DNA of 64,000 bases, taken from NCBI GenBank assembly GCA_965261975.1, contig CBDHEC010000022.1, forward strand, positions 1 through 64,000, given 5' to 3'. The notes under the pieces are model-generated. The model had not been told where the DNA came from. It was given only the letters and a program-made list of their open reading frames with translations, and did not search any database. This document shows positions 8,433 to 16,642 of the stretch, in pieces. This DNA comes from Alphaproteobacteria bacterium (GTDB lineage Bacteria; Pseudomonadota; Alphaproteobacteria; UBA6615). Position numbers and translations under genes: made by a program. Every line of letters begins with the position of its first letter. The stretch's first letter is position 1.

Positions 8433-9362
8433 ATGGACGGAATGAAACCGGGCGATCGCCTGCCTTTCTCTGCTATCACGGACCGCAAGCCGCTGGTCCT
8501 GCCGGACGGTGCCAAACTGGTGCTCTGGCCAATTCTGGCACTTGAAGTGTGGGATATCGTTCGCGCCATGGCCCGCATGGTCATTCCGCCGCCCCAGGGC
8601 GTACCGATGATTCCCGACCACCCCAACTGGAGCTGGCACGAATACGGCATGCGGGTGGGTTTCTGGCGCATCAAGTCCATGCTCGAGGATCTCGGCGTGC
8701 GTCCCACCGTGACCCTCAACGCGCGCACGATCGAGGAATATCCACGCACTGCCGAGGCCGTGCTCGAAGCGGGCTGGGAATTCAACGCCCACTCCTACGA
8801 ACAGATGCCGATGCACAAACTCAAGGATGAGCGCGCGGTCATCGACAAGTCGCTCAAGATCATCGGTGATTTCTGCGGCAAGCGTCCGCGCGGCTGGTTC
8901 GGCCCGGGCCTGACCCAGACCTACCAGACCATCGATCACCTGGCAGACGCCGGGGTCGAATATATCGGCGACTGGGTCCTCGACGACCAGCCGGTGCGCC
9001 TGAAGACCACCGGTGGCAAGCCGATGGTGGCGCTGCCCTACAATTACGAGCTCCATGACATCGTGATGATGGCCATCCAGCATCACCAGTCCCAGGAGTT
9101 CAAAACCCGGTCGCTGGACTATTTCGACACCGTCTATGCCGAGAGCCACGAGCAGACCCGGATCATGGCCGTCGCCATGCACCCCTACCTGTCGGGCTCA
9201 CCGCACCGGATTCGGTATGTGCGTGAAACGTTTGAACACATTCTTTCCCAGCCCGGCGTCGTGTGCTGGGACGGCGAGCAGATTCTCGACTGGTTTAACA
9301 AGGAGCGCCCCGCGCCCAAGTCCCGGAAGAAAAAATCTAGCGGCAAGAAGAAGAAAGGCTAG
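8433..9362 (+). CDS. Polysaccharide deacetylase family (PuuE/allantoinase-like, CE4) protein
   Basis: WSWHEYGMRVGFWR, AHSYEQ, PRGWFGPGL, MHPYLSG; Lys-rich C-terminal tail. Confidence 0.85.
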   Translation: MDGMKPGDRLPFSAITDRKPLVLPDGAKLVLWPILALEVWDIVRAMARMVIPPPQGVPMIPDHPNWSWHEYGMRVGFWRIKSMLEDLGVRPTVTLNARTIEEYPRTAEAVLEAGWEFNAHSYEQMPMHKLKDERAVIDKSLKIIGDFCGKRPRGWFGPGLTQTYQTIDHLADAGVEYIGDWVLDDQPVRLKTTGGKPMVALPYNYELHDIVMMAIQHHQSQEFKTRSLDYFDTVYAESHEQTRIMAVAMHPYLSGSPHRIRYVRETFEHILSQPGVVCWDGEQILDWFNKERPAPKSRKKKSSGKKKKG

Positions 9363-9368
9363 CCGATC

Positions 9369-10574
9369 ATGACCGACGTGAAGATTCCCGAGGACCGGGC
9401 GGCCGCCTTCGTACCCCACAACATCACCGAGCCGATCCTGGGGTCCGGCAGCGGCCCCCTCGCCGGCAAGACCTTCGCGGTGAAGGACCTCTATCACATC
9501 GCGGGGCGCAAGCTCTCGAACGGCAACCCGGATTACTATGACTGGGTCGAGCCGAAGACCGAGACATCGGTTGCCGTGCAGCAGCTCCTGGATGCGGGCG
9601 CCGACATCGTCGGCATCACGATCTGCGACGAGTTCTTCTACAGCCTGTCCGGCGACAACGCCCACTACGGCGCGCCGAAGAATCTCCGGGCGCCCGGCCG
9701 GATGCCCGGCGGCTCGTCTTCGGGCTCGGCCGCAGCCATGACGGCGGAGATGTGCGACTTCACGCTCGGATCCGACACGGGTGGCTCGGTGCGCATCCCG
9801 GCCTCGTTCTGCGGACTCTATGGCAATCGCCCGACCCATGGTCGCGTCGCCCTGGAGAACGCCCATCCGATGGCGCCCTCTTTCGACACCGCCGGCTGGT
9901 TTACCAATGATGCCGCGCTGTTCCGCGACATCGGGCCGGTGCTGCTCGACGACAACGGCACGCCGGGCGAGGTCACCCGCATGCTGGTCCTCAACGACGC
10001 CTTCGACCGGGCAACCCCCGAGGTGCGCGCGGCGTTGGAATCCGTGTTGGCGGCCGCCGCGGATGTGCTTCCCGCCGGTGAGGCCACGGATGTCGCCGGG
10101 GACGACACGCTGGATGTGTGGTGGGACGCCTTCCGCGTGATTCAGGCAAGCGAGGTCAAACAGACAAACGTACCCTGGGTCGAGGCGCATCAGGCCAAAC
10201 TCGGACCGGGCATCCGTGAGCGTTTCGCGATGGCCGCCGCCATCACCGACGAGGAAACGATAGCCGCCAATGCCGTCCGGGAACGGGTCCGGGCGCGTCT
10301 CGCCACGCTTGCCACCCCGGGCACCATTCTTTGCCTGCCGACCGCCCCGGTGATCGCACCCCCGCTCGATGCCAGCGCGGAAGATCTGGAATTCTTCCGT
10401 GCCAACACCATGGCGCTGACCTGCATCTCCGGCCACAGCGGCCTGCCGCAGGTAACCGTACCGGCAGCGGAAGTGGATGGTTGCCCGATCGGCTTGTCCT
10501 TCATCGGCTGGGCCGGCGGTGACGAGGCCCTGCTCGAACTGGCGGTCACACTCCAACCCTTCTGCACCCGCTAG
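9369..10574 (+). CDS. Amidase-signature family amidase
   Basis: FAVKD, GGSSSGS, GSDTGGSVRIPASFCG (Lys-cisSer-Ser triad). Confidence 0.92.
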   Translation: MTDVKIPEDRAAAFVPHNITEPILGSGSGPLAGKTFAVKDLYHIAGRKLSNGNPDYYDWVEPKTETSVAVQQLLDAGADIVGITICDEFFYSLSGDNAHYGAPKNLRAPGRMPGGSSSGSAAAMTAEMCDFTLGSDTGGSVRIPASFCGLYGNRPTHGRVALENAHPMAPSFDTAGWFTNDAALFRDIGPVLLDDNGTPGEVTRMLVLNDAFDRATPEVRAALESVLAAAADVLPAGEATDVAGDDTLDVWWDAFRVIQASEVKQTNVPWVEAHQAKLGPGIRERFAMAAAITDEETIAANAVRERVRARLATLATPGTILCLPTAPVIAPPLDASAEDLEFFRANTMALTCISGHSGLPQVTVPAAEVDGCPIGLSFIGWAGGDEALLELAVTLQPFCTR

Positions 10575-10582
10575 CCGCACGC

Positions 10583-10879
10583 ATGCTGGATGCCATTCAT
10601 CCAGACCTGCTCGGGGGCGTGGCAGCCGTCTTGACGACGATCGCATTTGTGCCACAGGTACTTAAATCTTGGCGCTCCGGTTCAACGCGGGACGTCTCGC
10701 TGGGCATGTTCGTGATCTTCACCACCGGGCTTTCGCTCTGGCTGGTCTACGGCTTCATCATCGAATCGCGGCCGATCATCGTCGCGAACATCGTGACTCT
10801 TGCGCTCACCAGCATCATCATCGCGCTGAAGCTGCGGGACGTCTTCGGGCGAACACCCCGTCGTCCGGCGGCAAAGTAG
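10583..10879 (+). CDS. SemiSWEET/PQ-loop transporter
   Basis: 98 aa, three TM helices, AFVPQV, TRDVS, LWLVYG, PIIVAN. Confidence 0.88.
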   Translation: MLDAIHPDLLGGVAAVLTTIAFVPQVLKSWRSGSTRDVSLGMFVIFTTGLSLWLVYGFIIESRPIIVANIVTLALTSIIIALKLRDVFGRTPRRPAAK

Positions 10880-10910
10880 TTCCCGCGCAACCTGGCAAGC
10901 GAGGATCAAC

Positions 10911-12068
10911 ATGACCGGCACCCAACCCGACCTCCAGGGCGTCTGCGACCCGCGCTTCAACGGCGTCCGCGATGCACTCGCCCGAAACTTCTCGGAACAT
11001 GGGGAGATCGGCAGCGCGGTGGCGGTCTATCACGAGGGCCTGAAGGTTGTGGATTTGTGGGGCGGCCACATGGACGCCGCGCGCAGCAAACCCTGGGGCG
11101 ACGACACGCTGTGCATCATGTACTCGATCGCCAAGAGCATCTGCGCCACCAGCGTGCATATCCTCGCGGACAGGGGCCTCGTCGATCTCGACGCGCCGGT
11201 CGCAAACTATTGGCCGGAATTCGCCCAGAACGGCAAGGCGGACATCAAGGTCCGGCACATCATCTCGCACAATTGCGGCGTGTGTTTCGCCGACGCGACC
11301 GAGGCCGGCGACATCTACCACTACGACCGCATGGTCGCCGCGCTGGAGGTCCAGGAACCGGCCTGGCCGGCGGGCTCCAAGGGTGCGTACAACACGGTCA
11401 ACATCGGCTATCTCGCCGGCGAGGTCGTGCGCCGGGTCACGGGCACGCCGATCCAGCAATTCGTCCAGGAGAATATCTGCGCACCCCTGGGGGTGGACTA
11501 CCAGATCGGTGTCCGCGACGAGGATCTCGACCGCGTGGCCGACCTGCAGCCCAACTCCGCCGGCAGCGCCATGGCCGCGCAGGCCGCGGCGGGCGAATCG
11601 CCCTTGTCCCGCGCCTGGCGACCCAACCCGAAGCCCATGAACACGGATGTCCAGAACAGCCGAGAATTTCGCACGTCGGGCATCCCCTCCTTTGGAGGCT
11701 TCGGCGAGGCCCGTGCCATGGCCCGCATCTATGCCATGCTCGCCAACGGCGGCGAGATCGACGGCGTGCGTGTTCTGTCGCCCGAGGCCGTCGCCCGCGC
11801 CACGGTGACCCAGTGGACCGAAGAAGCCGACGGCATGACCGGCCGTCCCATGCGCTATGCCATGGGCTATGCGAAGAACCCGCCGGGCGTGTCCTATATG
11901 GGGCCCAACGAGAACGCCTTCGGTCATCTCGGGTCCGGCGGCGCCCGCGCGATCGCCGACCCGGACCGGAACCTCGCTTTGTGCTTCGTCTCGAACCTTC
12001 ACAGCGAGGGGTTCGCCGTCGGCGTGCGCACGGAAGCGATCGTCGACGCCGCATTTTCCGCTCTCTAG
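10911..12068 (+). CDS. Serine hydrolase, beta-lactamase/esterase family VIII
   Basis: SxxK (SIAK), DLDAPVANYWPEF, FGHLGSGG. Confidence 0.88.
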   Translation: MTGTQPDLQGVCDPRFNGVRDALARNFSEHGEIGSAVAVYHEGLKVVDLWGGHMDAARSKPWGDDTLCIMYSIAKSICATSVHILADRGLVDLDAPVANYWPEFAQNGKADIKVRHIISHNCGVCFADATEAGDIYHYDRMVAALEVQEPAWPAGSKGAYNTVNIGYLAGEVVRRVTGTPIQQFVQENICAPLGVDYQIGVRDEDLDRVADLQPNSAGSAMAAQAAAGESPLSRAWRPNPKPMNTDVQNSREFRTSGIPSFGGFGEARAMARIYAMLANGGEIDGVRVLSPEAVARATVTQWTEEADGMTGRPMRYAMGYAKNPPGVSYMGPNENAFGHLGSGGARAIADPDRNLALCFVSNLHSEGFAVGVRTEAIVDAAFSAL

Positions 12069-12104
12069 GCAAACCCCGGCACCGGATTCGTTTTGACCCA
12101 CCCA

Positions 12105-13319
12105 ATGAGCACCCTGCGGCGACGCATTCGGGACTTTACCCTTTTCGCCTGCGGGGGCCTGTCTGCCATGTCCGTGGCAGCGGTCGCGCCATCACTCCCG
12201 GAGTTGAGCACGCATTTCGGTGACGGCCCGAACATCGATCTGCTGGCCCGGCTGGTCGTATCGATCCCGACACTGCTTCTCGCCTTGTCGGGGCCGATCG
12301 TCGGCACTCTCGCCGATCGCATGGGACGTCGGCCGATCCTGATATTCGGAATCTTCCTTTACGCCATCGCCGGCGCGCTGCCGTTCTTGCTCGATAATCT
12401 CGTGGCGATCCTCCTATCGCGTGCGGCACTCGGTCTGGGCATGGGTATTCTCTTCACGCTGCCACCGGCGTTGCTGGCGGATTACTACGAGGACATCCCG
12501 CGTCGCCGTCGCGCCATCGCGGTCTACGCCACCGCGACCGCGAGCGGCGGCGTCATCTTCGTGCTTGCCGGCGGGCTCGCCGCCGACACCCACTGGCGCG
12601 CACCCTTCCTTCTGTACCTTTCCGCCCTCATGTTTCTGCCGAGCCTGCTCGCGACCGTGAACGAGCCCGCGCGCGCGGCCCCCGCACGATCACCATCTGG
12701 CAGTTCGGCCCCGACCATGCCCACACCATGGCTAGCCCTGATCGCCATTTACGCGATGGTCGTGGTCACCGGGGGCGCTTTCTTACAGATGCCCCTCAAC
12801 CTGCCCTTCCTGCTGGTCGACATCGGCATCACCCAGGCCAGCATCGCCGGGTACGCGATCGCCTGGCCCCTGCTGTTGATGGCAATCGCCGGGCCACTGT
12901 TCCCGCATTTACGCAAGCATCTGTCGAACGCCTTGATCTACACACTGGTCGCGGGCGGGCTGGCCATCGGCTATGGGCTGCTGACCGTGGCCAATGATCT
13001 GACGCTGGTGATGATCGCCCTGTTCTGCTTCGGCGTTGGCATGAGCCAGATGTTCGCCAACACCAGTACCTGGCTGCTCGGCCTTACGGACCCGGCGATC
13101 CGCGCGCGCGTCCTCGGCAGTCTGACGATGGCGATCTATGCCGGCCAGTTTGTGCTGCCCTTTGTCGCCCAGCCGATCATTCGGGAAGCTGGAATTCGCA
13201 CCTCGTTCGCCGCGTTATGCGCGGTCCTGGTGTTCATGGCGCTTGCCACACCGCTCGCAAGCGCGATCGCGCGCCGCCGGGCCGACAGAGTGCGAGCTGA
13301 TAACGATCAGCCGTCGTAA
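12105..13319 (+). CDS. MFS transporter
   Basis: Motif A GTLADRMGRRP, WRAPF, ~12 hydrophobic segments. Confidence 0.88.
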   Translation: MSTLRRRIRDFTLFACGGLSAMSVAAVAPSLPELSTHFGDGPNIDLLARLVVSIPTLLLALSGPIVGTLADRMGRRPILIFGIFLYAIAGALPFLLDNLVAILLSRAALGLGMGILFTLPPALLADYYEDIPRRRRAIAVYATATASGGVIFVLAGGLAADTHWRAPFLLYLSALMFLPSLLATVNEPARAAPARSPSGSSAPTMPTPWLALIAIYAMVVVTGGAFLQMPLNLPFLLVDIGITQASIAGYAIAWPLLLMAIAGPLFPHLRKHLSNALIYTLVAGGLAIGYGLLTVANDLTLVMIALFCFGVGMSQMFANTSTWLLGLTDPAIRARVLGSLTMAIYAGQFVLPFVAQPIIREAGIRTSFAALCAVLVFMALATPLASAIARRRADRVRADNDQPS

Positions 13320-14293
13320 CAGCCGGCCAACCGCGCGCGCTGGCGCACCAATCCCAGAACGATATCGATCGCGGGCGTTGCCACATCAACGATGCGGCCG
13401 AGTTCCTGAACGGATGCAACGAGCGCGTCGATTTCCATGGGGCGACCAAGCTCAAGATCCTGCAACATGGAGGTCTTGTGTTCACCGACGTCACGTGCGC
13501 CGGCAATCCGCTTGTCGACATCGATGGCGAATTTGACACCGAGTGCCTCGCCGACAGCTTGCGCCTCGACCATGACCTCGCGGATCACGGCGCAGACATC
13601 CGGATCGTCGACCATCTGCACCAGCGTGCCGCCGGTGAGCGCCGAGATTGGATTCAGCGACACGTTGCCCCAGAGCTTGACCCACATCTCATCGCGAATT
13701 CGTGGCCGGACCGGCGCGCGGAAACCCGCGTCCGAAAGCAGCTTCGCCAGGGCCTGCACCCGGTCAGTCTTCTCGCCCGACGGCTCGCCGAGCGTGAACC
13801 GGTTTCCGTATTCGTGCCGAATAACCCCGGGCTCGATAATTTCAGCAGCCGGGTAAACCACGCAGCCGATCGCGCGCTCCGGCCCGATCACGTCCCATTG
13901 CCGGTTGCCGGGATCGACCGACGCCACGCGCGTATCCTGGTGCGCGCTATCGTGCTTGTAGAAATACCACCAGGGCACCCCGTTCTGGGCAGTCACTACC
14001 GCGGTTTCCGGCCCGAAAAGCGGTGTCATCTGGTCGGCGACAGCCGCGGCCGAATGAGCCTTGAGTGTGACAATCACGATATCCTGGGGACCCGCCTCTT
14101 CGGGGCTGTCGGTGCACCGGACTTTTGCGATCTTGTCGTCCTCACCCTCGCGTACAAGCCGCAGGCCGTTTTCGCGCATGGCCGCGAGATGCGGACCGCG
14201 GGCGATGCAGGTAACTTCAGCATTCCCGGCATCCGCCAGCTCGACGGCCATATATCCGCCAATCGCGCCCGCTCCGAAGATACAGACCTTCAT
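13307..14293 (-). CDS. 2-dehydropantoate 2-reductase family (PanE2/oxalyl-CoA reductase-like)
   Basis: GAGAIGG Rossmann motif, QNGVPWWYF, WVKLWGN, KTSMLQDL. Confidence 0.88.
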   Translation of the reverse strand: MKVCIFGAGAIGGYMAVELADAGNAEVTCIARGPHLAAMRENGLRLVREGEDDKIAKVRCTDSPEEAGPQDIVIVTLKAHSAAAVADQMTPLFGPETAVVTAQNGVPWWYFYKHDSAHQDTRVASVDPGNRQWDVIGPERAIGCVVYPAAEIIEPGVIRHEYGNRFTLGEPSGEKTDRVQALAKLLSDAGFRAPVRPRIRDEMWVKLWGNVSLNPISALTGGTLVQMVDDPDVCAVIREVMVEAQAVGEALGVKFAIDVDKRIAGARDVGEHKTSMLQDLELGRPMEIDALVASVQELGRIVDVATPAIDIVLGLVRQRARLAGCYDG

Positions 14294-14302
14294 AACCTGC
14301 TC

Positions 14303-15823
14303 CTAAAGTCCCAGCTTCTCATGCAGGCCGATGCGTTGAAGCTTGCCGGTCGCCCCCTTGGGAATTTCCTCCAGAAAGATGACCTTGCGCGGCACCTTGA
14401 AGTCGGCGAGCTGCGCCGCGGCGAATTCCCGCACCGACTTCTCGTCGGCCTCCGCCCCTTCCTTGAGCACGATCACGGCGCCAACCTCCTCGCCCAGCTT
14501 GTCATGGGGATAGGCAAACGTCAGCGCCTGATCGACCGCGGGATGATCCAGCAATATTTCATCCACTTCGCGGGGGCTGATCTTTTCACCACCCCGGTTG
14601 ATGATTTCCTTCAGGCGGCCGGTGAGGCTCAGATAGCCTTCGTCGTCGAACTGACCCTGGTCACCCGTGCGGAACCAGCCATTCGTGAAAGCCTCGGCGT
14701 TGGCCTTGTCGTTGGCCTCATAACCCGCCGTCACGTTCGGGCCACGAATAACGATCTCACCCGTCTCGCCTTGTGCGAGAATATTGCCGTCGTCATCCAT
14801 GATCGCGACCTCCGGACCCGCGCCAACCCCCACAGAGCCCGGCTTGCGGGCGGCCGGCGGCAGCGGGTTGGACGCCATCTGATGGGCGGCCTCGGTCATG
14901 CCGTAGGACTCGATCACCGGACAGCCGAATGTGTCCTCGACCGCAGCCATCACCTGGGGCGGCAGCGACGAAGACGAAGAACGGATGAAACGCAGATCCA
15001 TCGCGGCCAGGGTGTCGGCATTGCGAGCGGCGCGCGAGACGATCGCCTGATGCATCGTGGGCACGGCCGTGTACCAGCTCGGCGCCGCATCTTCGAACCA
15101 GCGGAACACCCGCAGCGCATCGAAACCCGGCGTGCAGTAGGTGCTGCCCCCGGCCGCCAGGCTCGACAGCACGGCGGCGATCAACCCGTGAATGTGGAAC
15201 AGCGGCATGATGTTGACGCACCGGTCGGCCGGCGTGAGCGCCAGCGTCTCACCGATATGCTGCGCGGATGCACAGATATTGGTCTGACTCAGCGGGACGA
15301 TTTTCGGTCGTGAGGTCGTCCCGGACGTATGGAGCACCAACGCGATGTCATCCGCCTCGGCGAGACCCGATGACTGCGCCGCATCACCAGTCACCGTCGT
15401 GCCGCCGGTGATTTCAAAGGTCCCCGCCGCAGAGTCTCCGGGCGTTGTCAGTTCCAGCACGGGAACGTCCATCGATCGGGCCACGTCGATCGCCGGCGAC
15501 TCGCTGCCCGCTTCGACGAACAGGGCCTTGGCGTTCAGGTCTTCCAGATAGAAGCGGAACTCTTCCGCACGGTAGCCGGGATTGAGCGGCGCGGTCGTCG
15601 CGCCTGCCGCCACCGCGACGAAGGCCGTGGCCATCTCGGGACCGTTCGGCAAAACAATCGCGACACGATCGTTGCGGCCGATGCCCAAATTATTCATGTC
15701 GGAAACCGTCTTCGCCACGAGCGTGCGCAGCGCGCTGTAAGTCAGCGGTGCGCGGTCCGGTGCCGCGATCGCGATATCGCCATCGGCCCCCGATTCGATC
15801 AACTTGCTAACCGTGCTCACCAT
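14303..15823 (-). CDS. Acyl-CoA synthetase, oxalate-CoA ligase (Oxs/AAE3/Pcs60)-like
   Basis: LHTSGTTSRPK, MPLFHIHGL, WYTAVPTMHQ, RFIRSSS, ESYGMTEAAHQMASNPLPP, GKLQR. Confidence 0.85.
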   Translation of the reverse strand: MVSTVSKLIESGADGDIAIAAPDRAPLTYSALRTLVAKTVSDMNNLGIGRNDRVAIVLPNGPEMATAFVAVAAGATTAPLNPGYRAEEFRFYLEDLNAKALFVEAGSESPAIDVARSMDVPVLELTTPGDSAAGTFEITGGTTVTGDAAQSSGLAEADDIALVLHTSGTTSRPKIVPLSQTNICASAQHIGETLALTPADRCVNIMPLFHIHGLIAAVLSSLAAGGSTYCTPGFDALRVFRWFEDAAPSWYTAVPTMHQAIVSRAARNADTLAAMDLRFIRSSSSSLPPQVMAAVEDTFGCPVIESYGMTEAAHQMASNPLPPAARKPGSVGVGAGPEVAIMDDDGNILAQGETGEIVIRGPNVTAGYEANDKANAEAFTNGWFRTGDQGQFDDEGYLSLTGRLKEIINRGGEKISPREVDEILLDHPAVDQALTFAYPHDKLGEEVGAVIVLKEGAEADEKSVREFAAAQLADFKVPRKVIFLEEIPKGATGKLQRIGLHEKLGL

Positions 15824-15944
15824 CTACTCCCCCGCATTTGACACCAGCGATACCTCTCATGGCATCGCGAGAATTACTGAATAGGCGAAAGGGGGCGTCC
15901 ACCGCAATGCGCCGCGCGATGGTGGCGTCAAATTGTCCGAACAA

Positions 15945-16379
15945 TCAAACGAGGATATCGACGCGCGGAACATCCGCCGCAACGACATCCGGTCCGCCGG
16001 GCAGGAGAATATCCTGGTCAAATCCCAGGGACGGGTAGCGCGAGGTGGCCTGGGCGCGGATGACGGCATCCCCGCCCACATTCGCTGATTCCTGAGCCAT
16101 ATACTGCGCCAGAAAAAGTGGGCTCGGGCCGCGGCGCAAATGCGCGCCAGAGCCCCGAGCCCGGTCTTCACGCTGAAGTTCCAACTCAACAACGACACGC
16201 GCCCGCGATGCGCGCGAGGGGTTGTATGCAAGCTGACGTTCGTTCCGATCGGAGCCCGGCGCAGCGGATGAGTATCCGACGTGCAGAGCGGCGGCATCGG
16301 CAGCAGCGCGCAGGCGGGCGGCACTTGTCGCCGCCACGTCTGCGTTTATCCCGATACGGTCTGGAAGGTTTGGTGTCAC
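15945..16379 (-). CDS. Hypothetical protein ending in PRVDILV
   Basis: Fills the intergenic gap; PSPLFLAQYMAQE segment and a terminal hydrophobic-D-hydrophobic motif like other small alphaproteobacterial proteins. Confidence 0.6.
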   Translation of the reverse strand: MTPNLPDRIGINADVAATSAARLRAAADAAALHVGYSSAAPGSDRNERQLAYNPSRASRARVVVELELQREDRARGSGAHLRRGPSPLFLAQYMAQESANVGGDAVIRAQATSRYPSLGFDQDILLPGGPDVVAADVPRVDILV

Positions 16380-16429
16380 TTCGCGCCCAGAGTTGCGAAC
16401 TTCGCGTGACTACAGATTTAGGGAAATAC

Positions 16430-16560
16430 AGAGAAAATTAAACGGCACATTATTTAAAATTGTATCTTTCATTAACCATAAATATTACGAAAATTTTTCG
16501 GATAGTAGGTTGTTTTTGCCGGTGTGAATAAATTACCGGCAATTATTACCCTTTGTTAAG
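16430..16560. promoter_or_regulatory. AT-rich divergent promoter region with a CtrA-like half-site
   Basis: Marked AT enrichment; TTAACCAT at 16472-16479. Confidence 0.45.
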
Positions 16561-16642
16561 ACCTGACCACCTAATGTCCCCGTGAATTGTCCGCGCAGAA
16601 AGTACGGGTTGAAGAAATCAACCTTCAGGTAGGAGGTACAGA

